Virus record (IMG/VR): IMGVR_UViG_3300032954_000003
Location: 18,847 to 82,846 of that record
Length of the DNA: 64,000 nt
Source: a virus
Taxonomy: Duplodnaviria > Heunggongvirae > Uroviricota > Caudoviricetes
Direction: 5' to 3' (one strand)
Part shown: positions 1 through 9,064 of the stretch, piece after piece
Layout: every line of letters starts with the position of its first letter
Position numbering within the stretch: the first letter of the stretch is position 1
Translations under genes and position numbers: made by a program
The notes under the pieces: generated by a model
Database searches by the model: none
Told to the model about the DNA's origin: nothing
The model's input: only the letters and a program-made list of their open reading frames with translations

Positions 1-654
1 AATCTTGACAAACTGAGACTCGACTACGCCTCCGTCACCGCCAACCTTTGGCCGTCCGTAGAATGCGGCAGGCGATGTACCGGCCGTCATTGACACCATC
101 CCGAACGACAGGTCTAGCGCCTCAGCGAGCTTCTGCGCGTGCGTTGTCTTGCCGGTACCCTTAGGACCAACCATCATCAGCGGGATGCGTGCCTCAGCGG
201 CAGTCTTGAGGTGCTCGGCAACGTTAGCGATGTTGTACTTACGCACGCCCAGCTCACGTCGTGCATCCTCGGGGAAGTGCATTGTGACCGCATCCTTGAC
301 TGCCTCGATCGGCACGCCGGCCTTGATGAGCTTGAGTCCGTCGAGCGTCGGGCGCATGCTCCACTCATCGAGCTTGTGGCCGTCCGCATTGCGGCGGTTG
401 CACAGTGTGCGCACTTCGCGGGACCATTCAAGATAGCCCTCAGGCCCGCTCTTGGGCTTCGGCGCCGGAGCCGGCGTCTGCGGGACCTCAATGCGCTGTC
501 CGCGTGCCTCGCGTGCCTCAGCGCGCTTGACGGCTGCGCGTGCGGTTGCGGGATACCCGAAGCCAAGCTCGTCGGCAATGCGGGCATACGTGTAGTGACG
601 GTGCCTACGAAGGTCGAGTGCTGCGGCGTCGGTACGGGGATTGACTGGGCTCAT
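1..654 (-). CDS. AAA-family ATPase with N-terminal HTH-like region; N-terminal start at 654, C-terminal end cut by the window
   Basis: Minus-strand translation from the ATG at 654-652 with AAGGAG 6 nt upstream. Walker A GPKGTGKTT is present. The frame runs open to the window edge. The plus-strand ORFs 139..762 and 149..436 are shadow frames of this gene. Confidence 0.6.
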   Translation of the reverse strand, partial: MSPVNPRTDAAALDLRRHRHYTYARIADELGFGYPATARAAVKRAEAREARGQRIEVPQTPAPAPKPKSGPEGYLEWSREVRTLCNRRNADGHKLDEWSMRPTLDGLKLIKAGVPIEAVKDAVTMHFPEDARRELGVRKYNIANVAEHLKTAAEARIPLMMVGPKGTGKTTHAQKLAEALDLSFGMVSMTAGTSPAAFYGRPKVGGDGGVVESQFVKI

Positions 655-825
655 GCCTGCTCCTTACTTAGGTTGGATCTTGCACGCATAGCGTATCGAC
701 ATCCGACGGTATCGTCAACCCCTCAGACGCAACTCAGCCCGAAAAGGGCCAGACTCAACTAGACCTTGAAGGATCGGCTAGAATCCTTCTTTAGGTGATT
801 GCTCGCACCAAACATGGAGGGAATC

Positions 826-1224
826 ATGGACGTTGATCCTGCCCTAGACCGGCGCATCCTGAATCTACGGATCGCAGGCGGAGGCATTACCGGCCTTGCC
901 GATCAGTTCGGCCTCACCGATCAAGAGGTGCTAGACGCGTGCAAGCGAGCCCTAGATGCGATGGAAGCGCGCGAACCTATTGCTCAGGTCCGAGACCTTG
1001 AACTAGCGCGAATCGACCTCTGCCTTCGAGCGGTCATCCCGCTTGCTCTCCAAGGCAATCTCACGGCAGCGCGCACAGCTCGTGAATTCATGCAGGATCG
1101 CCGCGACATTTACGGGCTGGATAATCTACGGCCGAAACCTGAAAGTGAACATGATCGGCTGGATGCTCTCAATGAGCGACGGCGAACACGTCGCACACGC
1201 GGTATGCCACACGCTAAGAAATAA
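826..1224 (+). CDS. terminase small subunit candidate (HTH DNA-binding)
   Basis: GGAGGGA RBS precedes the ATG at 826. HTH-like segment ILNLRIAGGGITGLADQFGLTDQEV. The stop overlaps the terminase large subunit start (TAATG), a typical terS-terL arrangement. Confidence 0.45.
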   Translation: MDVDPALDRRILNLRIAGGGITGLADQFGLTDQEVLDACKRALDAMEAREPIAQVRDLELARIDLCLRAVIPLALQGNLTAARTAREFMQDRRDIYGLDNLRPKPESEHDRLDALNERRRTRRTRGMPHAKK

Positions 1225-3731
1225 TGCAAGGTAATCAGTTCCCACGCATCAGTTGTTTACCAAAATACAGCTGCTCAGCAGGCGAAGAAGCAGTTGAGCT
1301 ATGTAGCATGATCGGCTTAGAGCTTGATCCCTGGCAACAATTTGTGCTGGAGAACTCGCTGGGTGAGGATGAGGAGGGCAAATGGGCTGCTTTTCAGGTA
1401 GGTTTAGTTGTAGCTCGACAGAACGGAAAGGGGCCTGCAAGTGTCACTACTCCCGTTCTAACGGGAAATGGGTGGACAACACTAGGAGAAGTAGAACCTG
1501 GTGACAGTGTTTACGGTGGAGATGGACGACCTATCAAGGTTGTTGCGTGTTCTGAGGTCTATCTAAATGAGCCGTGTTATGAGGTTACATTTACAGATGG
1601 GGCAAAGCATGTAGTTACGGCCGATCATTTATGGTGGGTAAAACATAAGGACCGGCGCCAGTGGGAAGCAGTTCAGACTGCTGATATCGCGCGAAAGTTT
1701 GCCAGTGAACGTGCAAATGGTCGGATGGAATATCTTTGGCGCGTACGTTGTGACGCAGTGCCAGAAACTCCAGAGGCTGATTTACCGATTCACCCATACA
1801 TCTTAGGGCTATGGTTAGGTGATGGGACTAGTAGGCGACCAGAACTAACCGTCTCAGACGAAGACAGACCGTTTATGCGTGGTGTCTTACAGGCTACAGG
1901 GCATGTAGTTACAAACGAGTCTCTAGGCAATAGAGAGCATGATCCTTGGCATATTGCTTTCCGTCTTGGACCAAAGATGAACAAAGAAGGCTTTCCAGCA
2001 CGACTGCGGTGGCTCAATGTTTATCGAAATAAGCACATTCCGGAGATTTATCTGGCGGCCTCAAAGACTCAAAGATTGGAACTGCTTCGTGGCTTGATGG
2101 ATACAGACGGCTCAGTTGCGACTACGAATAAGTCACCACAAGTTGAATTTTCGACATCCAGTGAGGCTCTTGCACTTGGTTTTCAACGTCTGGTAAGAAG
2201 TCTTGGTATTCGAGTCACACCGAAACGACGCAAGACAACGCACAAAGATAACTGGCGTTTCCTATGGACCCCGACTTTCAACCCGTTTAGATTGCCACGT
2301 AAGGCTACGAAATACAAGGCACCTCTGTCTAAACGTCAAGAGTTGATGAGTGTTATTGATGTGCAACCTGTTTCCTCAGTTCCGACACGCTGCATTCAAG
2401 TAGACAGTGAGGATGGTGTTTATCTACTTGGGCACCATTTCACCCCTACACACAACTGTGTGCTCCAGGCGCGTGAGCTTGCAGGCTTGTTTCTAGATTC
2501 ACTTAGTGAACGATTCATGCTTCATAGCGCACATCGTTACGACACAAGCCAAGAGCATTTCCACCGCTTAGTCCAACGTATTGAAGGTTCAGAAGAATTT
2601 AGCAAGCGTGTAAAGCGGATCTCGCGTTCGCATAATGAAGAAGGCATTACTATGTTGGATGGACGCCAACTTCGTTTCCGCGCTAGAACGTCCGTAGGCG
2701 GTCTCGGTTTCACCATCGACACTTTGGTATGCGATGAGGCTCAAATCCTGCCACAGAGCTTCCTAGCAGCTCTCCTGCCTACTCTCAGTGCCAGACCGAA
2801 CCCTCAGATATGGTTTGCAGGTACAGCAGCTGACCAAGAGCGCCACGAAGATGCCATTGTTCTAGCTACTCTAAGAGAGCAAGCACAAAGAGGTGACACT
2901 CAGAGTGTTTGCTACATGGAGTGGTCATTCGACTCAGATCATCCGCTCAAGGTTACACCGACACAATCGCTTGACCCTGAGGTCTGGGCACAAGCAAATC
3001 CCTCAATGGGGATTCGCATAGCCGATAGCTACATCGGCAAAGAGCGCGAGGCACTAGCACCGCGAGACTTTGCTGTTGAACGTTTGGGTGTAGGTGACTG
3101 GCCACGCACTGACGGACTAGAGGGTGTCATGATTACACCCGAAGCATGGGCCGCATGTACGGATGAGGCGTCTCAGATCGTCGGTCCTGTATGCTTTGCA
3201 GTTGACGTGACTCCCGATCGTTCTTATACAGCTATCGCTGTCGGCGGATTCCGTGAGGACGGTAAGACTCACGTTGAGATCGTGGAGCACAAACGTGGCA
3301 CAGGCTGGGTTGTGAAGCGGCTCGATGAATTACTTACAAATCATCGAGGCGTAGCGATCTGTGATGCTACTGGGCCTGTGGCTTCGTTGTTGCCAGAGCT
3401 AAAGGAGCAAAGACCATACGAAGAACCAGTGCTTCTCAGCTCACGTGAGCAAGCTCAAGCTTGTGGGTACATCTATGATGCTGTAGAGCAGGATACAATT
3501 CGGCATATAGGGCAAAGGGAGCTTTCAGATGCCATACGCGTTGCTGTAAGCCGTCCTCTCGGGGATGCATGGGCTTGGTCTAGGCGTAACGCTACAGGCG
3601 ATATTTCACCGCTTGTAGCGGCCACAATGGCACTATGGGGGACGCAAACATTAGAGATAAACGAACCAGCAGTAATCGACACGGCGGCTATAGAAGAACG
3701 TATGCGTCAGGAAGGTACGCTGGTAACCTAG
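1224..3731 (+). CDS. terL: terminase large subunit, interrupted by an intein
   Basis: P-loop VVARQNGKG, Walker B LVCDEAQ, and C-terminal RNaseH-like nuclease aspartates (AVDVTPDRSYTAIAV). The roughly 340-aa insert has Hint blocks and two LAGLIDADG motifs. Confidence 0.85.
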   Translation: MQGNQFPRISCLPKYSCSAGEEAVELCSMIGLELDPWQQFVLENSLGEDEEGKWAAFQVGLVVARQNGKGPASVTTPVLTGNGWTTLGEVEPGDSVYGGDGRPIKVVACSEVYLNEPCYEVTFTDGAKHVVTADHLWWVKHKDRRQWEAVQTADIARKFASERANGRMEYLWRVRCDAVPETPEADLPIHPYILGLWLGDGTSRRPELTVSDEDRPFMRGVLQATGHVVTNESLGNREHDPWHIAFRLGPKMNKEGFPARLRWLNVYRNKHIPEIYLAASKTQRLELLRGLMDTDGSVATTNKSPQVEFSTSSEALALGFQRLVRSLGIRVTPKRRKTTHKDNWRFLWTPTFNPFRLPRKATKYKAPLSKRQELMSVIDVQPVSSVPTRCIQVDSEDGVYLLGHHFTPTHNCVLQARELAGLFLDSLSERFMLHSAHRYDTSQEHFHRLVQRIEGSEEFSKRVKRISRSHNEEGITMLDGRQLRFRARTSVGGLGFTIDTLVCDEAQILPQSFLAALLPTLSARPNPQIWFAGTAADQERHEDAIVLATLREQAQRGDTQSVCYMEWSFDSDHPLKVTPTQSLDPEVWAQANPSMGIRIADSYIGKEREALAPRDFAVERLGVGDWPRTDGLEGVMITPEAWAACTDEASQIVGPVCFAVDVTPDRSYTAIAVGGFREDGKTHVEIVEHKRGTGWVVKRLDELLTNHRGVAICDATGPVASLLPELKEQRPYEEPVLLSSREQAQACGYIYDAVEQDTIRHIGQRELSDAIRVAVSRPLGDAWAWSRRNATGDISPLVAATMALWGTQTLEINEPAVIDTAAIEERMRQEGTLVT
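1434..2456 (+). other. intein with LAGLIDADG homing endonuclease inside terL
   Basis: Block B VTADHLW, LAGLIDADG motifs LGLWLGDG and LLRGLMDTDG, and C-terminal ...TPTHN followed by Cys+1. The N-terminal boundary is ambiguous (no Cys1; Ser73 or a class-3-like start). Confidence 0.7.
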
Positions 3732-3741
3732 AAAGGAAGTT

Positions 3742-3990
3742 ATGGCAGCTAAGACTGAAGCAGCAGGTTTTGTAACTAAGGATGCAGAGACACCTAAGAC
3801 TGAACCGGCATTTCCGGCAGACGCACCAGGGCAGGTTGTCCTAGAGGGTGGCTTCAACTTCTCAGTGCAAGACATCGAGAAGGTTTATCAACAAGTAACC
3901 AACGGCAGTAATGAGTTCATCACACTCGTTGACAGCAATGGGTCAAAGCGTCTAGTTCGCGCTTCGTCTGTGATGACTCTCTCAGAGTAA
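3742..3990 (+). CDS. hypothetical protein
   Basis: GAAAGGAAG RBS precedes the ATG; clean 82-aa ORF. Confidence 0.5.
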   Translation: MAAKTEAAGFVTKDAETPKTEPAFPADAPGQVVLEGGFNFSVQDIEKVYQQVTNGSNEFITLVDSNGSKRLVRASSVMTLSE

Positions 3991-4000
3991 GGAGACAAGC

Positions 4001-4204
4001 ATGGCAATTCCCTCAGCAAGCTCTACCTACATCAAAGCTAGTGGTGTGGCTCCTCAGAGCCAGCAGTCCACTGCACCTTCAGGTAGTCTCTCAGGTGCAG
4101 TAACACTAGACAACGGTGGTACAAACTTTCCATCAGATCAGCAGAAAGATATGGTGGCACCTACTCACGACGTAGGTAGCGGTACAAACCAAAACGAACT
4201 CTGA
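4001..4204 (+). CDS. hypothetical protein
   Basis: TAAGGAGA RBS precedes the ATG; 67 aa. Confidence 0.5.
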   Translation: MAIPSASSTYIKASGVAPQSQQSTAPSGSLSGAVTLDNGGTNFPSDQQKDMVAPTHDVGSGTNQNEL

Positions 4205-4237
4205 TAGAATGTCAAGTACCAGTTAGTTTGGAGGAGT

Positions 4238-4456
4238 GTGTTCGGTCGGCTCAAGAAGAAGGTCCGAGTTTATATTCAAGATGGACCGACTATTGAAGGA
4301 ACGCTAGCGGGCAAAACGCGGGACGCCTACATTATCTGGGCGCCCCGCATTGTCCCTGAGCCGACTGAGTATGTAGAACAACCTGAACCCGTGCAGGTAT
4401 CAGGTCATGTTGAAATACCGAAGAAACGAGTCCTTTGGTATCAAGTAATTGGCTAG
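4238..4456 (+). CDS. hypothetical protein
   Basis: GGAGGAG RBS precedes a GTG start; 72 aa. Confidence 0.4.
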   Translation: MFGRLKKKVRVYIQDGPTIEGTLAGKTRDAYIIWAPRIVPEPTEYVEQPEPVQVSGHVEIPKKRVLWYQVIG

Positions 4457-4977
4457 ACGTCAATAACGTCATGATCTGGCGTAGCACCGTTTGTGTATCC
4501 TCGACCCCATCCACGCGGTGCATGCCATATATGTTGCTCGGCCGTAGCAGGCCGTGAGCCGGGCTCTAACGTCGTCCGCTGGGGATTACGGCTATTCCGC
4601 TTATGCCGGCCATCGATGGTCTGAGATGGCCTTACAGCGCGTAGCTGATAGATACCAGGCTCTATCTCACCCGTCCTATCGAACTCGGCGATTGCTTTAG
4701 CTGTCGCAGCGGAATAGTGAAACCGCACTACCTCTGTACCGCCACCACGCTTCGGTAGCTCAAGGTAGGCAATTGACTTACCGAACCAAGCGTGGTCTGC
4801 TCGCATGTGCTGCTTCGCACAGCGGGCAAATATACACTTTTCAGGGTCATCTCGTTCCCCAATGTCCCCATCTTTGATAACAAACGAGGTATCCTCACCA
4901 GGCTCTGCATCTCGATCACACATCGGGATATCACCGCGTGAACGAGCAAGCAAAGGCTTGGAAATCTTCAATGGCAA
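4453..4977 (-). CDS. hypothetical protein
   Basis: TTG start with AAGAAGGA RBS 5 nt upstream; convergent with the preceding plus-strand gene. Confidence 0.45.
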   Translation of the reverse strand: MPLKISKPLLARSRGDIPMCDRDAEPGEDTSFVIKDGDIGERDDPEKCIFARCAKQHMRADHAWFGKSIAYLELPKRGGGTEVVRFHYSAATAKAIAEFDRTGEIEPGIYQLRAVRPSQTIDGRHKRNSRNPQRTTLEPGSRPATAEQHIWHAPRGWGRGYTNGATPDHDVIDV

Positions 4978-5087
4978 TGTATCCTTCTTTCGTTTTCGTT
5001 GCGTGGTTCGAGTGCGGCAACGCTAGCGATTGGCAGTAATTCACGCAAGTAGCGTCAATAACTAGAAACCGCAAATTGCGGGATGTC

Positions 5088-5861
5088 TTAGCCGGCTAGA
5101 GACTGTTTTAGATAAGACGCATGAAATTCTAAGTAGTCAGCGAGTGCACGGAGACGTATGGGATCGTCGCCAGCATTGCCCATAGCGGCATTACATTGAT
5201 GACAGAGTAATGCTCGGACGCGATTTGTCTTGTGGCAGTGGTCTACATGTAGGTGTTGGCCCTTGCCACCAGCTTCCTCGTTGGTTCGCTTGCAGACAGC
5301 ACAGACTCCACCTTGCCGCTCTAGCATGTGCTCATATTCTTCGATAGTCATATCGTAGAACTTGCGAAGTGTACGCTTCCGGTTCTTGAGACGACGCTTG
5401 GCTGGATCACTCATGCGTTCCCTATCCCGTACTCGGTCGCAAGTTCGGCAATAAGACTTATGCGAGCCATCGCGTGGCTTCCCACATTTTGTACAGGTGT
5501 AATTTGCAGGTTCGAGCTTCGCTCGGCACGTCGGGCAGAGGTGCTTACTGCGCCGTGGGGCAGTAAGCAGCGGCGCACCACATTCCTTGCAAGTTTGCTC
5601 GCATATCTCACAAAAACTGTTTGAAGCGCCGCGCTTAGGTCGAATGCCACATCGTGCACACAGTTTTGCTCGTTTAGGCCGACAATCATTACATAATGGC
5701 TTGTAGCATCCATTAGCCATTAGTGGTGCAGGTTTGCCGCACTTCCGACACTTGCCGTAGCACTGATCGCATAGCGCATGGTTACTGCTAGAACCATCTC
5801 GCGCGGGCCGTTGTTTGCAACGGCTACAAATCACTCGACGCATCCTTGGGGATTCTAGCAT
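5088..5861 (-). CDS. endonuclease VII-like resolvase with N-terminal array of CxxC zinc-ribbon repeats
   Basis: C-terminal HVDHCH...LLCHQCN is the T4 gp49/endo VII signature. The N-terminus has more than 8 CxxC pairs. The ATG at 5861 has an AGGAG RBS; the track start at 5927 is an upstream extension. Confidence 0.7.
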   Translation of the reverse strand: MLESPRMRRVICSRCKQRPARDGSSSNHALCDQCYGKCRKCGKPAPLMANGCYKPLCNDCRPKRAKLCARCGIRPKRGASNSFCEICEQTCKECGAPLLTAPRRSKHLCPTCRAKLEPANYTCTKCGKPRDGSHKSYCRTCDRVRDRERMSDPAKRRLKNRKRTLRKFYDMTIEEYEHMLERQGGVCAVCKRTNEEAGGKGQHLHVDHCHKTNRVRALLCHQCNAAMGNAGDDPIRLRALADYLEFHASYLKQSLAG

Positions 5862-6121
5862 ATATCTCCTAAGGAATTCAAAGGAGGTGATGCCCGCCCA
5901 TGTCCAGTCATGTCGTTGCAACAACACGCGGAAATATTTCGCTAGAGCAGCGTGGAGCTAGCCCATATCTGGAATGGGGCTAACGCGTGACAGCGCCGCC
6001 GCCTCCCGGGGCAGTTTAGGTTGGAGGTAACATCGGTGGACTTCACGTCACCACTGAATCAGCGACTCAGGTAGCAGCCGTCTATGGCTGTGTATCGCTA
6101 TTAGCTAACTCGATCGCATCT

Positions 6122-8461
6122 TTGCCGATCCGAGTCCTAGACGCACCTCCTGTAGTTTCACTAAACGCCAAAGAAAAGAAGAAGATTCCTCAGCTTCTTC
6201 AGAGTCCCTATGAGCCAATCAGCTTTACTGATTGGATTGTCTGCATGATGTGGTCCCTAGCGCTACGTGGGAACTTCTTTGGACAGATCGTGGAACGTGA
6301 TCGTCTAGGTTATCCAACCCAGATCATGCCGGTCAACCCAGATTTAGTAAAACCCCATCAAGACCCCTCAGGGGTTATTGAATGGCGCTTTGCTGGCAAA
6401 GTAGTACCAACCGAAGATGTTTTTCACATCCGCTATCAGTACATGCCAGGAATGCTCTTAGGATTAAACCCTATCCAAGTCTGCAAGTACAGTTTTGGTT
6501 TAGGCCACGTCCTAGACGTACACGCAGAGACAACCTTCCGCAATAGCGCTAACCCACTAGGTGTTCTCGAAGCTAAGGGAACACCATCGCAGAATGCGGT
6601 TGAACAGATGATCCAGCGCTGGCACTCAATGCACCAAGGAGTGCGTCAGTCCAGTCTGCCGGCAATCCTGACTGAGGAAACGAAATTCAATCCGATCTCA
6701 ATTTCCCCAGAAGATCAACAACTGCTCGAAAGCAGGAAATACTCAGCCGAGGAAATATGTGGCATTGTTTTCCAAGTACCACCATTCATGCTTGGTATGA
6801 CCCAACGCTCAACCTGCCTTGCTGCTGGTACACCTGTGCTGACTGATAAAGGTCCGCGAGCAATTGAGACGATCAAAGCTGGTGAAAGGGTTTGGTCCCT
6901 CGACGAGTCTCAGGCTCGGTTTGTGTTGTCTAAGGTTGTAGCGCAAGAGAAGACTGGCTGTGACCCAATATTAACGATCAAGACGCGCCCTGGCCGTACG
7001 CTACGAGCAAATGCCAAACACAAAGTTCTAGTAAGGCGCAAATTCGCTAATCCACAACGGGGCGTTGGGAAGTATCGCTGTGTAGAGTGGCGCAACATAT
7101 GGACGACAGCGGGCGAGTTAAAGGTGGGTGACTATCTCATCGCCGGGCATGGTCTACCCGCAAGCGACAAGCGCACGGCTCCAAATGGACGAGAGCTAAC
7201 GCCGCAGTTTATGGAGTTCGCGGGGTTACTCATCGGTGATGGCAACGTCATCAAAGGCAACAAAGGTGTACCGGCGGTTGTAACGATTGCGCGTCATCGT
7301 GATGCCCGTTACATGGATGTTTACCGGCGCGGTGCTGAACGCGAGTTCAACGCAACCCATGGCGTTGGTACGGCAACTGAACGTAAGTTATCACCGATTA
7401 GGCTTCGTGAGTATGAGCGTTGCACGACGTTTTCATCCGTTACGGCAGCATCTGAGCTGGCAAGTCTCGGTTTCAGCGGTACAGCACATACAAAGCGTGT
7501 ACCTGAATGGCTGTTTGGCGTTGCGCCTGAGTTGCAACTCGCCTTCTTGCGTGGCTATGCTGACGCTGATGGTTCGGTTACTGAACGCGGAGAACTTATC
7601 TTCTGTTCATGCAACCCAGAGCTATTACAGGATGTGCGTCACCTTTGTATTCAGCTTGGGATTCCTGTAGGTCATCTGTGTGAGCATGATACGGCTGGCA
7701 CAGGGATGGTGATGGGGCGTAAAGTGACGCGTGGGAAGATGTATCGTCTAAATTGTTGCGATGCTGATTCGAACTTGCGCATTGGAACGCATGATTCACA
7801 GGACCTGAAGCGTTTGCAGCGGGCCAAGCGTTCGCCTAGACGCCAATGGTGGGATGCTGATTATCAGGGACGTGGTGGCAGCCCAGAGGCTCGTCCTGGA
7901 ACTTACTTCGACATTGAAGGCGCTCGTCTTCAGTGTATTACATCCATTGAGAAGTCTGCACCAGAGCCCGTGTATGATCTTACAGTCGAAGGTACCCATA
8001 CATTCTTGGCTGATGGTTTGGTTGTTCACAACAGCTACGGCCGTGGTATAGAGCAACAAGAGAGAACCTTTATTGCCAATACCCTCTCTGGATACCTCTG
8101 TCGCGTTGAGAGAGCGCTTACAGAATGCTTACCTGACGGGGAATACGTGAACTTTGACATACGTCACCGAGTCCGTGGCACGGCTGTAGAACGTGCTCAG
8201 CAAGCAAGCCTCCTAATGCTGTGCGGTGCTTGGTGCGCTGATGACTCTAGAGCCTTATTTGATATGCCTCCACTACCAAACGGAGAAGGCAAAATCTTCA
8301 ATACACCACTCAACACTGAGCTGCTTGAGAAGGCGCTTCTCGAAGTCAAGCAGATGGAAAAAGAAGAAGATGAACCAGAAGCGCCACCTCAGAACCCACA
8401 GTTTATGCCGGTTCCGGGTGGCGGTAGGGGTCCAAAAGCTCCTGCTGTTCCTAGGAGTTAG
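6122..8461 (+). CDS. portal protein (HK97-family-like) interrupted by an intein; true N-terminus probably upstream of 6122
   Basis: Portal-like segments flank a 406-aa insert with Hint blocks and LAGLIDADG motifs. The conserved portal N-terminal motif (AAVYGCVSLLANSIASLP) lies in-frame upstream of the TTG at 6122. Confidence 0.8.
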   Translation: MPIRVLDAPPVVSLNAKEKKKIPQLLQSPYEPISFTDWIVCMMWSLALRGNFFGQIVERDRLGYPTQIMPVNPDLVKPHQDPSGVIEWRFAGKVVPTEDVFHIRYQYMPGMLLGLNPIQVCKYSFGLGHVLDVHAETTFRNSANPLGVLEAKGTPSQNAVEQMIQRWHSMHQGVRQSSLPAILTEETKFNPISISPEDQQLLESRKYSAEEICGIVFQVPPFMLGMTQRSTCLAAGTPVLTDKGPRAIETIKAGERVWSLDESQARFVLSKVVAQEKTGCDPILTIKTRPGRTLRANAKHKVLVRRKFANPQRGVGKYRCVEWRNIWTTAGELKVGDYLIAGHGLPASDKRTAPNGRELTPQFMEFAGLLIGDGNVIKGNKGVPAVVTIARHRDARYMDVYRRGAEREFNATHGVGTATERKLSPIRLREYERCTTFSSVTAASELASLGFSGTAHTKRVPEWLFGVAPELQLAFLRGYADADGSVTERGELIFCSCNPELLQDVRHLCIQLGIPVGHLCEHDTAGTGMVMGRKVTRGKMYRLNCCDADSNLRIGTHDSQDLKRLQRAKRSPRRQWWDADYQGRGGSPEARPGTYFDIEGARLQCITSIEKSAPEPVYDLTVEGTHTFLADGLVVHNSYGRGIEQQERTFIANTLSGYLCRVERALTECLPDGEYVNFDIRHRVRGTAVERAQQASLLMLCGAWCADDSRALFDMPPLPNGEGKIFNTPLNTELLEKALLEVKQMEKEEDEPEAPPQNPQFMPVPGGGRGPKAPAVPRS
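6815..8032 (+). other. intein with LAGLIDADG homing endonuclease inside the portal gene
   Basis: Starts with Cys (STCLAAGTPVLT). Block B TLRANAKH, LAGLIDADG motifs FAGLLIGDGN and FLRGYADADGS. Ends VYDLTVEGTHTFLADGLVVHN followed by Ser+1. Confidence 0.8.
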
Positions 8462-8640
8462 GTGGGATGTTATTGTCGGGCTGTGGGCTGAGCTGTCTGT
8501 AGCTGAGCTGTCTGTAGAGTTGGTCTAAGGCGGTGGGGTTAGTCGGTTGTGTAGGTCGTGGAGGCTAGAGATGAGTAGGGTAGTCCGTTGGGATGCGTTG
8601 CGAAGTGGGTAGTCATAGAAGGGATTGTAAGTGACTAGTC
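8462..8640 (-). promoter_or_regulatory. C-rich/G-poor tract downstream of the tRNA array (candidate rut site / Rho-dependent terminator)
   Basis: The transcribed (minus) strand is strongly C-rich and G-poor for about 170 nt. Contains the tandem repeat CTGAGCTGTCTGTAG x2 (plus-strand sequence). Confidence 0.3.
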
Positions 8641-8641
8641 A

Positions 8642-8716
8642 TGGACCTGAAGAGATTCGAACTCTTATCCTCCTCGGTGCAAACGAGGCGCTCTACCAAT
8701 TAGGAGCTACAGGCCC
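8642..8716 (-). tRNA. tRNA-Ala (anticodon TGC)
   Basis: Hand-folded cloverleaf. G3:U70 identity pair, anticodon loop TTTGCAC, TTCGAAT T-loop, discriminator A. Confidence 0.75.
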
Positions 8717-8718
8717 AA

Positions 8719-8790
8719 AGGCGGCGGTGGGATTCGAACCCACGTTGAACAGCTTTGCAGGCCGTTACGTATCCATTCCGTCACGCCGCC
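8719..8790 (-). tRNA. tRNA-Cys (anticodon GCA)
   Basis: Acceptor GGCGGCG pairs with CGCCGCC, anticodon loop CTGCAAA, discriminator U. Confidence 0.7.
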
Positions 8791-8800
8791 GTTAGCGAGT

Positions 8801-8989
8801 CTAGCACGCTTCGAGTCGATATTGCAAGCGTATACACTCGTACAAGTCACCCTCACCCATGACCTCACCAGTCATGCCTCTTACGACGTACCATTTACCT
8901 CGGGTCTTCTTAGTGGGCCCAGAGATTACACGATACTCGCATGGTGGTGCGTGTAGTACATAACTATCATCGGGCATGCGTAATCTCAT
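8801..8989 (-). CDS. hypothetical small protein (62 aa); ATG begins 2 nt after the tRNA-Val(TAC) 3' end
   Basis: ORF MRLRMPDD...; no room for an RBS, so it would be leaderless after tRNA processing. The longer track ORF 8801..9139 overlaps the tRNA and is rejected. Confidence 0.3.
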   Translation of the reverse strand: MRLRMPDDSYVLHAPPCEYRVISGPTKKTRGKWYVVRGMTGEVMGEGDLYECIRLQYRLEAC

Positions 8990-8991
8990 AG

Positions 8992-9064
8992 TGGACGATT
9001 CAGGGATCGAACCTGAGACCTCTGCTTTGTAAGAGCAGTGCTCTACCTGCTGAGCTAATCGTCC
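8992..9064 (-). tRNA. tRNA-Val (anticodon TAC)
   Basis: Cloverleaf GGACGAT...ATCGTCC, anticodon loop CTTACAA, T-loop TTCGATC. Confidence 0.75.

Noticed and set aside
139-762. 207-aa plus-strand ORF (and 149..436) at the window start
   Set aside because: They lie antisense to a well-supported minus-strand AAA ATPase gene with RBS and Walker A. They have no RBS and low-complexity Arg/Ala-rich translation, typical of GC-skewed shadow ORFs.
8491-8520. Possible CRISPR-like repeat
   Set aside because: It is only two directly abutting copies of a 15-mer with no spacers, so it is a simple tandem duplication.
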